A stretch of DNA of 61,607 bases, counting the filler, from Sphacelaria rigidula (Eukaryota): assembly GCA_964200075.2 (NCBI GenBank). It is 7 parts of 7 records of this genome, joined end to end, with 100 filler letters (N's around TTAATTAATTAA, not from the genome) between each part and the next. Parts side by side here need not be neighbours in the genome. Positions count along the whole stretch, not along the records: positions 1 to 8,717 come from CAXNAA020010287.1; positions 8,818 to 17,533 come from CAXNAA020010288.1; 5 more parts are not named here. The stretch is one strand, 5' to 3'. The position numbers and the translations under genes are program-made. Shown here piece after piece: positions 1-12,100 of the stretch (position 1 is its first letter; each line of letters begins with the position of its first letter). The notes under the pieces are model-generated. The model saw only the letters and a program-made list of their open reading frames with translations, searched no databases and had not been told where the DNA came from.

Positions 1-1228
1 AGTACCAATGTACCGCGCAGATATCGGAACGGCTTTTAATGTGAAGACAACAACAACAACAACAACAAACACATATCTGAAAAAAACTGGCCACAACGAG
101 AGCAAGCGATTTAGTAATTTTAGAGAAAAATAGTGCAGCTATTTTATGCAAATTTACGATGCCTTCAAAAAGAGTCATGTTTATATACAATGCATGTGAC
201 AACAAACTTGTTTGGGTGGTGATTGTATTTCGGCGAGGTTTCAAGGTTCTGACCCGTATTTTTTGCGTAAGTAGTCATCAACATTTCTGAGTTCAAGGTA
301 CCAATCTCGGAACAAAACAAAACGAATTGAGCCTCGAGCGTAACACTTGACACGGACAGCAAGAAGCAAAAGGAGAGACTGAACCGAAAGTAAGAAAAGA
401 GTGCAATATGTCCGCTTCATCATCTCTATGGCGTATTTCACGAGCTGCAATGGGCGGCCGCTACGGCGTTAGCGTCGCTAGCAACACTCTCGGCAGATAC
501 ATCAATGCCGCAGGGTTCGCCGGTAGGAATCGACGGAGATCCAGCAAGGCCGCAATGCAGGAGGAGATGCCCATGTCGTCCGAAGATTGCATGGACCTAG
601 AGAACAGGTGCATGGGGGGGAGGGTGATGTGCCTGATTAAAGAGATACATGAAGCAGTGTGTGTGCCCGTGTTTATCTTACTACATGTACGCTCTGTTGG
701 CATGCGATGATCATCCTGGTGATACTTTTTGTTGGAAATGTGAGGAGGTAGGCGGCATGTTAGGTATCGATACAGAAATGCATGATCCTGAAGTTACGGT
801 TGGTGCAAGGCTGGGTGCTGGGTGTGCCGTGGCCACGACCTGGTGCGCATTTTCTAATGCACTTTAAGGTTTGCAAACTTGTCACTTTGGATAGCTACAC
901 TGCATCTCTACCCTCCCCCCACAAGTATGACCTGTTCACCACTTCTGGTTGGAACCAACGTCACGTCCCGCAATTGCTGATTCTGCGATACAGTATGCGG
1001 GCAGACGGGAAGCATGGTATCCGTATAGTAGCTGTTCAGCCAACTTTGTTACACCACGCGTATCACGTACACTCTTCGGAGAATCAAACACTTCAGCCTC
1101 ACACAACTTACAGCACGCATCAACCATGCGTATGAACCATGTTAGTAAGTTTGCACACGTCGGACGAGCTTGAGTATGACTCGTGGCACTCGCGCTCGTT
1201 GGACTGCTCGTTGGCCCTCAAAATTAAT

Positions 1229-2195
1229 GGGGCGACTACTCGAGTCATTGCTCGTTGTGGAAAATAATAGTGGGGCGAGCACTCGTGTCATTGCTCGTTG
1301 TGGGAAAAATCACTAGGGCTAGCACTCGAGTCATTGCACGTTGTGAAAAAAAGTAGCAGGGCGAGCACTCCAGTCATTACTCGTTGTGCGAAAAATTAAC
1401 AGGGCGAACACTCGAATCATTGCTCGTTGTGGAAAAACTAATAGGGCGAGCACTCGAGTCATCGCTCGTTGTGGAAATAACTAATAGGGCGAGCACCCGA
1501 GTCACTGCTCGTGGTGAAGAAGTAAATGACTTGAGCGCACGAGTCATTGCTCGTGATGAACGACTTGAGTGGAGGACTCAGCGATCCGACGAGCAAACAA
1601 TTATGAGGAGCTCTTCGAAGATTTTAAATTTAGAATCTTCAAGTTCATATGTATATCTGTATATGCACAAGCGTCAAGCTCCTAAGCTTGTTTTCATTTC
1701 ATCCAAGCCTCCCCCCACCCCCCCACAGAGATCGGAGTTCTCCTAAAGCGGCGGAGAGTATTACTCGAGTAGTACATTCATAGGGCGAGCACTCGAGTCC
1801 TTGCTCGTTGTGGAAAAAATATTGACTCGAGCACACGAGTCATGCTCGTTGTGTTTTCAAAAAACATCCACGAGTGCACTCGTTTCGACGAGTAATGACT
1901 CGTCCGACGTGTGAAAAAAGGAGAAGTCGAGCACTCGAGCCACTGTTCGTGGTGAAATAAATTAATAGGTCGGGCACTCGAGTCACTGCTCGTGGTGAAA
2001 AAATAAGTACTCGAGCACACGAGTCATTGCTCGTGGTGAACGACTTGATTGGAGCAGTCGGCAATCCGATGAGCAAATAATTATAATGAGCTGCTCGACG
2101 ATCTTGAACGTAGAATCTTCAAGTTGATATGCATATCTGCACATGCACATGCACATGCACAAGCTTCAAAGCTCGTTGTCATTTCATCCAAGCAT
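1229..2195. repeat. Palindromic ~43-bp tandem array in two blocks (~1229-1560 and ~1780-2040), each followed by a related ~150-bp tail
   Basis: Unit GGGCGAGCACTCGAGTCATTGCTCGTTGTGGAAAAA(N)7-8 recurs at ~1229, 1272, 1316, 1359, 1402, 1444, 1487 and again from 1780. The tail GAACGACTTGA...AGAATCTTCAAGTT...ATTTCATCCAAGC occurs at ~1558-1708 and ~2038-2193. Confidence 0.9.
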
Positions 2196-2202
2196 CACAA
2201 AC

Positions 2203-2204
<2 letters not shown>

Positions 2205-2234
<30 letters not shown>
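2205..2234. repeat. (GA)n microsatellite
   Basis: Directly visible AG dinucleotide run. Confidence 0.95.
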
Positions 2235-2235
<1 letters not shown>

Positions 2236-3470
2236 AGTGTCGTTTAGTGTCGTCCCATGAGCCACCCACCTTCTTCTGAAGATGCTGGCGAACCAGCAAC
2301 GAGTGAGCGGACGACGGCAGAGAAGATGCCGCCGACGTCAACGCCAGAAGAGACGACGTCCAACAGTACAGTAGTATTAGTAGTACATCGTATGGCAACC
2401 AAGAAGTCGTGAAAGTCGACGAAGAGGAAGTGGACGGCGACGGCATCAACGAACCTTCACGCACTCGCTCAGCGCAGGCAGGTATCGGTTCTTTCCTGCA
2501 CCCAGGGGCTGCTCCCGATTGGGCCCCCACCTCGAACAACCGCAGCACCAGCGCTGCGGAATTCGCTGCTGCAGGAAAGAAGAGGAGAAAACCTGGGCCC
2601 AAAGCAAAGGGAGGTAAACCAAGAGGCAGCGCAGCCCGTGCTGAAGGATTATCGAAGCCAGGCGAGGTGGGGAAGGTATCCTCATGGCGTACCTGAGGAC
2701 GTGTGGCTCCGTGTGCAGGATTCCGTTCCCCCGCACGGGTACCGCAAGGTACCTATACGAACTGGCGCAAGGTCACTGATTTGGTTCACGGGGGTCAAAC
2801 TCATTCACGTTGACACAGAAGCGGAGGCATGGGTCTGCCTTGCCGGTGCCGAGTGCCTGGACGAGTTGAGAATACGGGTGTGGAGTGGGGCAAACACAAA
2901 CTGGATTGGGCATCTCGCTACACACAGACTGCAGTCGATTCTGGGCCATAAGATGAAGACAACCAAGGCAGAGGCTTGCGACAAGCTCGAAGCTGCCACG
3001 AGGTCGAACTTCTTCAAGATGGAGCCACATAGGTATGTGTGTAACAAATGCGGTGATGCTGCTTTGTGGTACAACCACAACAACTGTTGCTAACGATCGT
3101 TCTGAAGAATACTGAATACTGGATGGTACTGTCTGTACTGCTGCTTGTTGTCTGTACTACTGTACTGCCGTTTACTGCTGGTTCTACTACGGCTGTACTG
3201 GTGCTGTCTGTACTAGGTCCTGACTCCTTTTGCGGCCGCAGAAAAAGCAGAATTCCGTAATTTCGCGCCAGAAAAACGGGCCGTGAAAAAAACAGCAGGA
3301 AAATCTAAATATTTTGCAGATTTTCAGAATACACAGTAGGTTCTAGAGAGGATACAGCATATTTGGGATTGCCTGACGTAGATTTCCTATACGTAGGACA
3401 GCGAAAACTTGCGATTTCCCCGGGCAGAAAGCCTGCACACAGACAAGGCAGACCTCCTTTCAGGGCCCTG

Positions 3471-3662
3471 CACGTTACTCGATCACGTTTCACCTTTCAC
3501 GTCAAAAGTTAAGCCATGCTCGTTTTACGGTGGGGGACGTTGACCATTTGAGGAACTCCGTTCAAAAGTCAGGTCAAATCAGGGCTCCCCAGGTGGTCCC
3601 CCACCGTATTACTAGCCTAGCTTGACTTTTGACGTGAAACGTTAAAGTTGAACGTGTAACGT
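3471..3662. mobile_element. Small foldback/MITE-like element in the first hAT intron
   Basis: TTTCACGTCAAAAGTTAAGCC...TACGGTGGGGGAC (~3495-3538) is mirrored by GTCCCCCACCGTA...GCTTGACTTTTGACGTGAAA (~3596-3639), with CACGTTAC/GTAACGTG outer ends. Confidence 0.65.
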
Positions 3663-6507
3663 GTAGAGCCTTGCCTCCTTTCGCGCATCTTCTCCTCCCT
3701 ATCCAAGACCCTCTTTTTCGGCATCATCTTCAACCGCTGGGGGGGCATTCTGTGTGCGAAACCCCAGCGCGCGCGTTCGTTGCAGCGTCGCGGACTCTCG
3801 GTCCTTCCCATCTTCTCAGTATACGAGTACACAATATGTGTGTCTGGAATGCGGCACCTCCAATAAGGTACTGTACTACCGTTGCCAATATGAGTCGTGA
3901 GTACCACGAAACGCGATGCACTACAAGTGTGCTGTCTGTGTGTTTGTATGATGTGACAAGTGTGTTTGAAATGCCGAACAGGTACGAGTAGTACCACTGT
4001 ATAGTTTTCTTCCGTGAAACACAACACTAGATACACACTATACAGTTGTAGTGTGCCTGTGCACAGATTTCAAATTCAAAATTCAATATTCAAAATTGAA
4101 TGTACTGTACTGAACCATGCACATAATGTACTGTACTGTGCTGTGCTGTGCTGTGCTGAGCACGAGTGCTGGAGTACTATAATACTGCACTGTGCTGTCT
4201 ATACTACCACTGTTTGTTGCTACGGCTGGATACCTTCAGGCACTCCGTGTATTAGGGTGGTACCACAGACTGTATGGTGCAGTTATACTGTAGTGCAATT
4301 CGACTTCACGGTCGACGAGGAAAATGGACTGCTGATTTCCTCTCGCGATAAAAAAGAAAGGGGAGCACCGCAGAAGGAAGGTGGAGAACTAAAACAAATA
4401 AAAAATGAAAAACTCCTGTTGTTGACCTTCCTCCGGTGTGAACCCGGCTGATCTGGGCTAGGGCCGAAGCTCTTTAGATCAGGGCGGCACGTGTACTGCG
4501 CCAAGTTGACAGGGGGTTTTAGGGGGAGCATCCCCCACACTGCCTGGAGCCACCGCTCGAGGCGCCTTTCCCACATGACTGCCGCGAGGTGATCTAATTT
4601 AGCCTCCGGGTAATCAGCACACGAGCTCGCTAGTGATCGCCTGCGATCGCTTGCGGGGTAAGTGTTGGGTTGGGTTTCCTCCTTCCATCAAGGAGAAAGA
4701 AAAAAAAAAGCGTCCACATATACCGAAAGGCGTAGAGCGGCGTCCAGAATAGATGGGATGACAACACTGCAGTGTATGGTAATTGTAGTACTCGGTACAG
4801 TAGTACAGCACGTTACTGCAGTACGGTACGAGATGGTTATCATCGTCTCGCGTAGGCTATTTTCGCGTGTCTCACGTCCCCGGTTTTTAATTTGATGTCG
4901 ATGTTGACGCCACCTGTAGTATAATATCATCACCATCTCTCGTTGGTTCTCGAATATGAAAATTTACGTTTCCTCTCCCAATTACATCTGTCTGTATCGG
5001 ACGGACGGCAGGTACAGGCACGCCATGCAAGGACACGTTCTGGTGAACAAGTTCCCGCCGTTCACGAGGACGAAGACGTGCGGCAATACCATGCAGCGGT
5101 GATGATGACCGCTGACGGCAAGTCGGAACCGATGCCGTATCTCGGTGAGGGGGGTGAAACATATCCTCCTCGAGACATACTCAGCGACGAAGGCAGCGGA
5201 GACGGGAAGGCTGCGAGGCCTCGCGGACAAGGCATGCCCACCGTGTGTTCTCCTCGACGTGGACAAATGGGACGACGAGGGATCGAGGAGAGCTTTTCTG
5301 GGCGTGAGCGTGTTCTGAGTGGAAGAATGGGGTCTCCGCAGCTCTAACCTTGCGGTAAGCGTGCAGTAGCAAGACGGGAATTATGAATAGTGAGAGCAGT
5401 GTCCTTGTAGCACGTCGCTTCGCTTCATTCATGCTTGATTCTCTCCTTGCCGGGCAAGAATACGCCCTCACAGCGATTAAGAGAGGGCTAAAAAAAAGTA
5501 CGCGCCGTCGCTGTGTAAAAAGGGGTCGTCGTAGATAGAGACCGTAAATCAATCGAGAGAAGGACCACCAAATAGAGCACATACTAGTTCTCCCTCAAGT
5601 ATTTCTCAACAGGCTGTGGTGCGCCGTGGGTTGAAGTTAAGGTGGCAAACGGACCTCCATCTCCATCCGCGGCGTGCCCTCCTGTTGATGACAGTTGAAA
5701 GTATACAAACGCGTCGTCGACCTTGACCGAGTTGAAAGCTTCGGACGTGCTGCTGAAGTGGACGGAGAGCGCACTCGCAGAGCATGGGTTGACGGGCGAC
5801 GACATTTTTAGCTCGACATCGGACAGCGGCAGCGACATCAAGCGCATGTTTGACCACCTCTTCGAGGCCGAGTGGGCGTGGTGCGTGCCGCACATGGCCA
5901 ATCGTGCGTTGGCGGACGCGGTGAGAACGCACGTTGACCCGTCCAAATCGAAAAAGCAGGCATGTCGGGCCGAAATAAAAAAGAGCGAAGAGCGTCACGG
6001 AGCACTTCAACACGTCCGCGAAAATGAGGCAAAAGTTCGACGAGCTGATGGTGCGGAAGTAGCATGACTGGGTTGATCGTTTGTCTCACCTGTGCGGATA
6101 CACTGCGGAGCCAGATCGACGATACGAAGGCAAAAAACATGAATAACGAAAAATATCGCAAGAAAAAAACTCGAGTGTAAGTTGAACAAGAACGAATATA
6201 TATAATATAATATATATATACTTCCTCTGTGCCATAAGTAAAGGTCCTCATGATTGCATGGACCCTTAACGGTGTCCGATGCCGTGGGCGACATTTTTTT
6301 CCAACTTTTCGGTGTTTTCTAATTTGAATTCCATTTTTTTTCTTGCCCATGCACCCCCCTGCATATATGAACGGCTGAAAAAAACAGTCGGCTCCTAAAT
6401 GGCCGTATTTTGCCCCCTTTTCGGGGGGCTAAAAGTGACGAAAGAAGAAACAAAAACGGGGGGGAAAAAAACCCTTAATCATCCTCGCCGTCACTGGTGG
6501 GCGCCGC

Positions 6508-7131
6508 TAGGTACTGTAGTCCCACGCCTTCGTGAAGGCCTCCTGATTATATTTCACCGCCCCCTCTAACGTTCCCGCCGTCTGCCGCGTCGTCACCCCG
6601 GTATGCTTCACACCGCAGTCGTTCTCGCCCATCTGACGTATTGTCTGGTTGTAAACCTTGAAGAGGCTCTGCCAAACCCTTTTTGTTGTTGTTGGGGTAA
6701 GATGTGACGGCCGCCCACTACGAGGTTTGTTTGAGAGGTCGAGCTTCCCGGTTCCGTTGATTTGAGCTTTACACTCGGACCAATATTTTTTGGGATCTTC
6801 AGGACCAACACCGTACCGCTCCGCCAGGGGGCCTAGAATGCCATTGGATACCCTTGTTTTGCCTGGCTGAATGACCAACGCTACCTCCACCGCCATGGCA
6901 GTACGACGTCCCACCGATAGTCCGGCGCCCCGTTTACGTTTTGGGGGCGTATCCATCGTGGTTGCGGGGGGTAGTGGGCGCGAAAACGTTAAAGACAACA
7001 TCAACTTTCAAAAATATCATCAAAAATGTCCCAAAACCCCGCCGAAATTCCAAGGGTCGGACAAATATTGATTCGTCTGGAAATTACTTGGTTTTATTTT
7101 CACCGATTCGAATCTTACGAATCAATACCTA
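6508..7131 (-). mobile_element. Internally deleted Tc1/mariner-like element nested in a hAT intron
   Basis: ORF 6507-7004 contains LAERYGVG and LSNKPRSGRPSHLT (HTH followed by a GRP linker). Ends are TA-GGTACTG...CAATACC-TA. No DDE domain is seen. Confidence 0.55.
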
Positions 7132-8717
7132 GGCTTTGTTTTCAGCGTTGCAACCCAGGTACACGCAGCCCAGACACGTGCAATGGCGCAAAAGTTGCGT
7201 GATATATGATACCCCTTGAGACAAGCGGCCAACTTCCCCCCCCCCCCTTTGGGCAATCAGGCCGAAGAAATCGTGGATTTGGTGATTCGTAGTCATGATG
7301 ATTCGTCCTAACCTTGCAAAATTCCCAGTTTTCGACCCACTAATTCTTGAAGAGTACCACTCGGATTTGTTTTTTGTTATGAGTATCACCGTATCAATAT
7401 CTTTTCAGCGAGCCTAGTTAGAGCACAGTGGGCAACTCCATCGGCGAGATATGATCTGTCCCCCATAATGACCTTTACTTATGGCACAGAGAAATTATAT
7501 ATACATATATATATATGTCACGCAGCGTGCTTCCTGCGATGCGGCGACCTCTGTTCAACGGCGTTCTCGCAGTATGGGCGAGGTGCGATGAAGTTTCCGC
7601 TTGCTTCGTGTTCACACTGCCTGTTCGACACCATTGCTTGACTGGCGTTGGGTGCTGTGTGCCGTGTTTGTTTCCGTGCTGTGGTGTGTATGTTTTGTGC
7701 AGGACGATGAGGTGGGAAGAACGGTTAAGCTCGCCAATGACGCGCCCCACCGATGGTTAACCCTAGTCAACGTCCTGGAGGCGATCCTGTCGGTCTGGCC
7801 TGTTCTTCCCATATACCACCAGAAGAACGAGAAAACCGCTTTCCCCCTAGCGGGATCGGAGGAGATTATCCCTTAGTTGTTTGCTCTGATCTACCCCGTG
7901 TGACCGGTACGAGGTAGACCATAGCAAACAATTGTGGAAGAACCTCCTCCGATTCCGCTAGGGGGAGAACGATCTTCTCATTCTTCCGGTAGTGTATGCG
8001 AAGAACCGGCCAGACCGACAGGATCGCCTCCAGGACGTTGACTAGGGGCAACCATCAACGAGCTTCACCGTCTTTTGCCGTCAGTTCGGGAATCTAACGG
8101 AAAAACAGATCTGGAATTCGCAGGCGCTATTGACACGGACTGCGGGCAAGACGGTGCTGAACATGGCCGAGCTGAAGGTCGGCGTGCTCAACCTCGCTGC
8201 GAGCTTGACGGTGAGAGCAGGGGAGAGTTGTATTTCGCACGTGCTCGAAACTCTCTTTGACGATCGTCGCCCCGGCTCTCAACTGTTTGCCGTTCAAAAG
8301 TTATGTCCGGTTGACCAAATGTTGCGTGATGTGGCCTGATTTTTCGAAAGGAGTCGATACCCGTCGGATCACAGACCGAAATTCGCGATTTTCGCCCTTG
8401 ATTCAAACAGGTTTTGTGACGAAATTTGACACAGTATACGCAAGGTACATGCCGACCGTTTGACGGGTTGGGTATTTTATTCTATATTGTATTTCGTGAT
8501 CTATGGGTCATTTTTCACATCCTTCAATCCTTCAATCGGTCATAGGGCCTTTTCCTACGGTTCCCATCTTCATGCGAAAATATCTGCAGATACCTCATTT
8601 TATTTTCCACCCATGTTTTTGTCCGGGGGCCGTTCTCGCAATCTCTTATCATTATTATTATTATTATTATTATCAATATTATTAATGACCAAAATGATCC
8701 CCCGCTCCAATAGTGGG

Positions 8718-8817
8718 NNNNNNNNNNNNNNNNNNNNNNNNNNNNNNNNNNNNNNNNNNNNTTAATTAATTAANNNNNNNNNNNNNNNNNNNNNNNNNNN
8801 NNNNNNNNNNNNNNNNN
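8718..8817. other. Artificial contig linker (N44-TTAATTAATTAA-N44); also at 17534-17633, 26349-26448, 35164-35263, 43979-44078, 52794-52893
   Basis: Identical 100-bp spacer with stops in all six frames, recurring every 8815-8816 bp. Confidence 0.98.
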
Positions 8818-9140
8818 CCCCCCCTCTCCACGGTGAGGCACCCGTGAGACAGTGTAAAGGCCATGGCTGTCTCTGGAATTGGCGATACCACAGAATGAAG
8901 CAACTCATTGTTGGCTGACATCCAAATGCAAGATTATCAGTAGGCTTGGGGCCGAACACTCTTAGCAGGATGCAGCTCACCCTCCATGCGACTAGGCGAA
9001 CACACCACGGCGCTTCGCGCTTGGTGGTTTGGGCGCAAGCCTGGTCCGGCGAAAAACCGGCATGCTCCGTCCCGACTCTGCAGGGATGCGAGTTCAATGG
9101 TCTTATGACTATGGCATGCATGATCATGAGTACGCCCCCC
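8818..9140 (+). repeat. Copy of abundant ~320-bp dispersed repeat family (MITE/SINE-like)
   Basis: Shares GAGACACCCATG...GCGATACCACA...GGATGCAGCTCACCCT...GGATGCGAGGTCAATGG...CATGATCATGAGTACACCCC with copies at 15680-15977, 60436-60742 (+) and 51997-52215, 52240-52553, 34950-35050 (-). Confidence 0.9.
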
Positions 9141-9183
9141 CCCCCCCCTCTCTCGTTGCGGCGATGTGGAAACGTGTACTTAC

Positions 9184-12100
9184 CAAGCGCTTGGCAACCA
9201 TGGTCTTGCCAGTTCCTGGGGGGCCGTAAAGGAGAAGGTGCCGGTATGGCGCCCCGTTTTTGTTGGCATTTCTGGTCGCTACCGATAGCGAAAGCACCTG
9301 TGTCACGGTAAACAAGCGCGATGCTATATTGCCAACGCTCTAAGTAGAGAACACCCGATTTATCGCCGTACCGCTTAAGCTTTCGGTCGCGACGAGAGGA
9401 AGTCATAGTGTTTGGAAGTCTCGAAATAATTGGCCGTGATCGGTCGTATATGGTGCACGGAAAGCCACGAACTTCATGCAGATTTCGATAGGATGATCGA
9501 TGTGGACTATCGTGCCTGAAAAGCAACGTTCGGTGCAACCGAAGCATACATTACCACGCAGTGCTCGTGATATTTTGTTGGCAGCTCCTGAAATTGACCG
9601 TACGCGCCGATGCTCAGCGTATACCCAGCGCCTGGCTATCCAAGTACACCAATGTCGAGGTGGTAGAGACGTCATGCATCAGGGGATTGCATATTTTGTT
9701 GGTATTTGAAGGACGGCAGCTCTCTCGCTATTGGTCGAAATAGCGACCGTTCTTGCCGATGGGCTGACTGAACAACACGGTAGCGTTGAGTTCTGAAATT
9801 CTGTGAAGCACATCATACGCGCACAAAACGCACCGCCAAGCTAAACTCTGGATGCAAGGCATCAGCAAACGTTACGTCTCAGAAAGACGCCACCTTTAGC
9901 AAACCGCAGCTGGCGCTCACAGCGAAATTGTCGTGGCTAACGTTACCCCGATACTATACGCAGGTCCATGTGGCAATATTGGTACTCTTCCCACGAGTAG
10001 AAGGTACCTCTTGATGCAGAGCACCATACACTGGTGCGATTGGACACAGGAGCATAGAAGTTGAATACAGCCGTTTGTTTGGATCCAGATCAACCGACTG
10101 TGGGTACGGGTAAAATATTGTAGTTACTTTGCATCCGATTGAACCACGATTGAAGTATACCTTTCTTGTTACGTCAAAGCGTCCCTACGCCATGTACCTG
10201 TTCCTTGAGATCCGGAGTAAGTACCACGTCGTGAAAGCTCCGCTCAACCTCCTCTCTCGCAGACGCTCTCCTCTCTCCCCCCGTCCTACCTTTGCTGTCC
10301 CTAGCTATCCCTGACCACGGTATCCAAACCAAGATGTCGAAACAAGCCGTAAGTGTGCCGAAGGCAGCCCTAAAAGCGCCCACGCGGGAAGTTTCCCGAA
10401 TTAAGCATGGTTTTCCTAGATAGCTCTCCACGGCCTGTTAGGACGTAACGGTGGCAAGTTCATCTCAATTCAAAGATCTGAAAAGTAATGCAGGTAAATG
10501 ATTATTCCAGGGCAAAGAGGTTGGAAACGTCGCAGCGCTTCGTGTTGGCCCCTGCGACCGCGCGGGGTGTGTGCACGTGTGTAAACCGACTTGGCTCGTA
10601 GCCCACCTTGTAGAATCATTTTTTTGTGATCATATTTGTCAAGATAATAGAACAAACAGTGAATGTCAGCATCGGGCGATTGTAAAAATGAAGGCCATCT
10701 TCGGAGCATCGGTTAGTACAGCCGGTTTTTGCTCCCGTTAGCAGCTCATACCTGTCTAAGTAGTGATGTGCCTTCCCGAAGCACTAAGTAGCCCAACACC
10801 ATTCCCAAGAGCCAGGCAGTGAGAGCAATCGCACGTCTGTCGCACATCGAATCGGTACAGAACGGGCCGGCAGTGACGGTATGCCACCGCGGTTGATGAA
10901 CGTTTTCAATTGTCTCAGTTTGACTGTTCCGCAATGCACTCACCAGTGGTCACAGGACTTAGGAACTGAAGGCAAATGAACGAAACCACTTGCTCAAGGA
11001 GCTCAAGGAGGAAGTACGGAAAACAAAGCAAAGAGAAGGACAAAAAACGCACTCCGACAAACACCCAAGGAAGAGCTAGTGAGGGTCTCGAGAAAACTTT
11101 TGAAGAACCCCTGCTAGGGATTCGGACAGGAGGCTAAAATCACGTGAAAGGCGTCGAAGCAGGTTGAGGATGAGCTGTGCAGAGGTCGCGCTGTTGGATG
11201 GGAACTCTCAATCGCCCACTTTGTCAAAAAGGAGAACAAACATGAATGCCTCAAACGCGAAAGAGAGAAAATAATGAGGGCAAAAGGAAAACAAAGGGAT
11301 GGAAGGAAGAAGGGCGATGAACCGGACAAAATATTAAATTTCACAAGCCATCGAGAGAAGCCAATATCGACAGGATAAATCAATTATCTCAATTTTCGTG
11401 TAACTCTCTCCCTCTTCCCCCATTCCTAGTGAGATACAGCGCGGGACACTCTCTCCGTCATTTTTCATCTTCAATATATTATTTTACTCGTTCTGCACTA
11501 GTGACAATGGTTTTCTTGTCAGCATCTCTCAGCGCAGCAGCCTCTTGCTTGTGACTCGATTGGAGAGACGAAAGTCATCGCATTCCCGCATTTCCACGAA
11601 CCCCTCCGCCCCCTACCCGGCTCTCTGGTTATGTTTGCCTCCCTACCCTTTGGTTTCAGTGGCCCAGGCGCGCGAATCTCCGACCTCAACGTCGAATAAG
11701 AACTCCCCTACGTGGAATCAGTAGCCCCTAGGGTATGTTGGTCTTCCTGGAGATGATATCCCTAGTGCTTCGGAGGAGAGCCATGCTTCTTAGGTTCTTG
11801 TACAGTCAATCGTTCCAACATAATGTTATCTGGGAAAAACGATTCGTCCTACCAAATAAGGGTATCCTCGAGCCAGAGTTGGCGCTCAGGAATGATCATC
11901 TCGATACTTTCTGATTTGGTCCGCTCAAGCATTGCTCTGTATGAAAGACGCCTGTCTCTACCGAAACCCTTCTTGTGGAAGTCAACTATTGGCAACAGAA
12001 GCTTGTGGTGGGCGGTGCACAAGACCATATAAACCCTCTGGGCGCAGTGTCCTTATTCTAATTCAGTACAGCGTAGACTCCATCACCTCCGCTTGGAGCA

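Larger units (their letters stand above)
2257..8330 (+). pseudogene. Intron-containing hAT-superfamily transposase, degenerate (frameshifts and an in-frame stop)
   Basis: BED-like finger W...CLAGAEC...HLATH (ORF 2638-3093) ending AG|gtatgt at 3032. Phase-compatible exon from 5012 containing LDVDKWDD...AFLGVSVF*VEEWGL (catalytic D-x-W motif, TGA at 5316, donor gtaagc 5355). TSDSGSDIK and WCVPHMANRAL (second D and CxxH) in ORF 5723-6067. PHRWLTLVNVLEAIL (RW motif) after the acceptor at 7702. Confidence 0.75.

Noticed and set aside
400-600. Exon-like minus-strand segment at the window start
   Set aside because: Contains an in-frame stop and no recognisable motif; it cannot be distinguished from TE debris.
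1229-2040. CRISPR-like array (palindromic repeat with variable linkers)
   Set aside because: Linkers are only ~7-12 bp, A-rich and related to each other, the repeats themselves vary, no cas genes are seen, and the context is eukaryotic.
8762-8773. TTAATTAATTAA as a biological motif, and ORFs running into the N blocks (e.g. 8762-9547)
   Set aside because: Assembly linker; such ORFs are artefacts.
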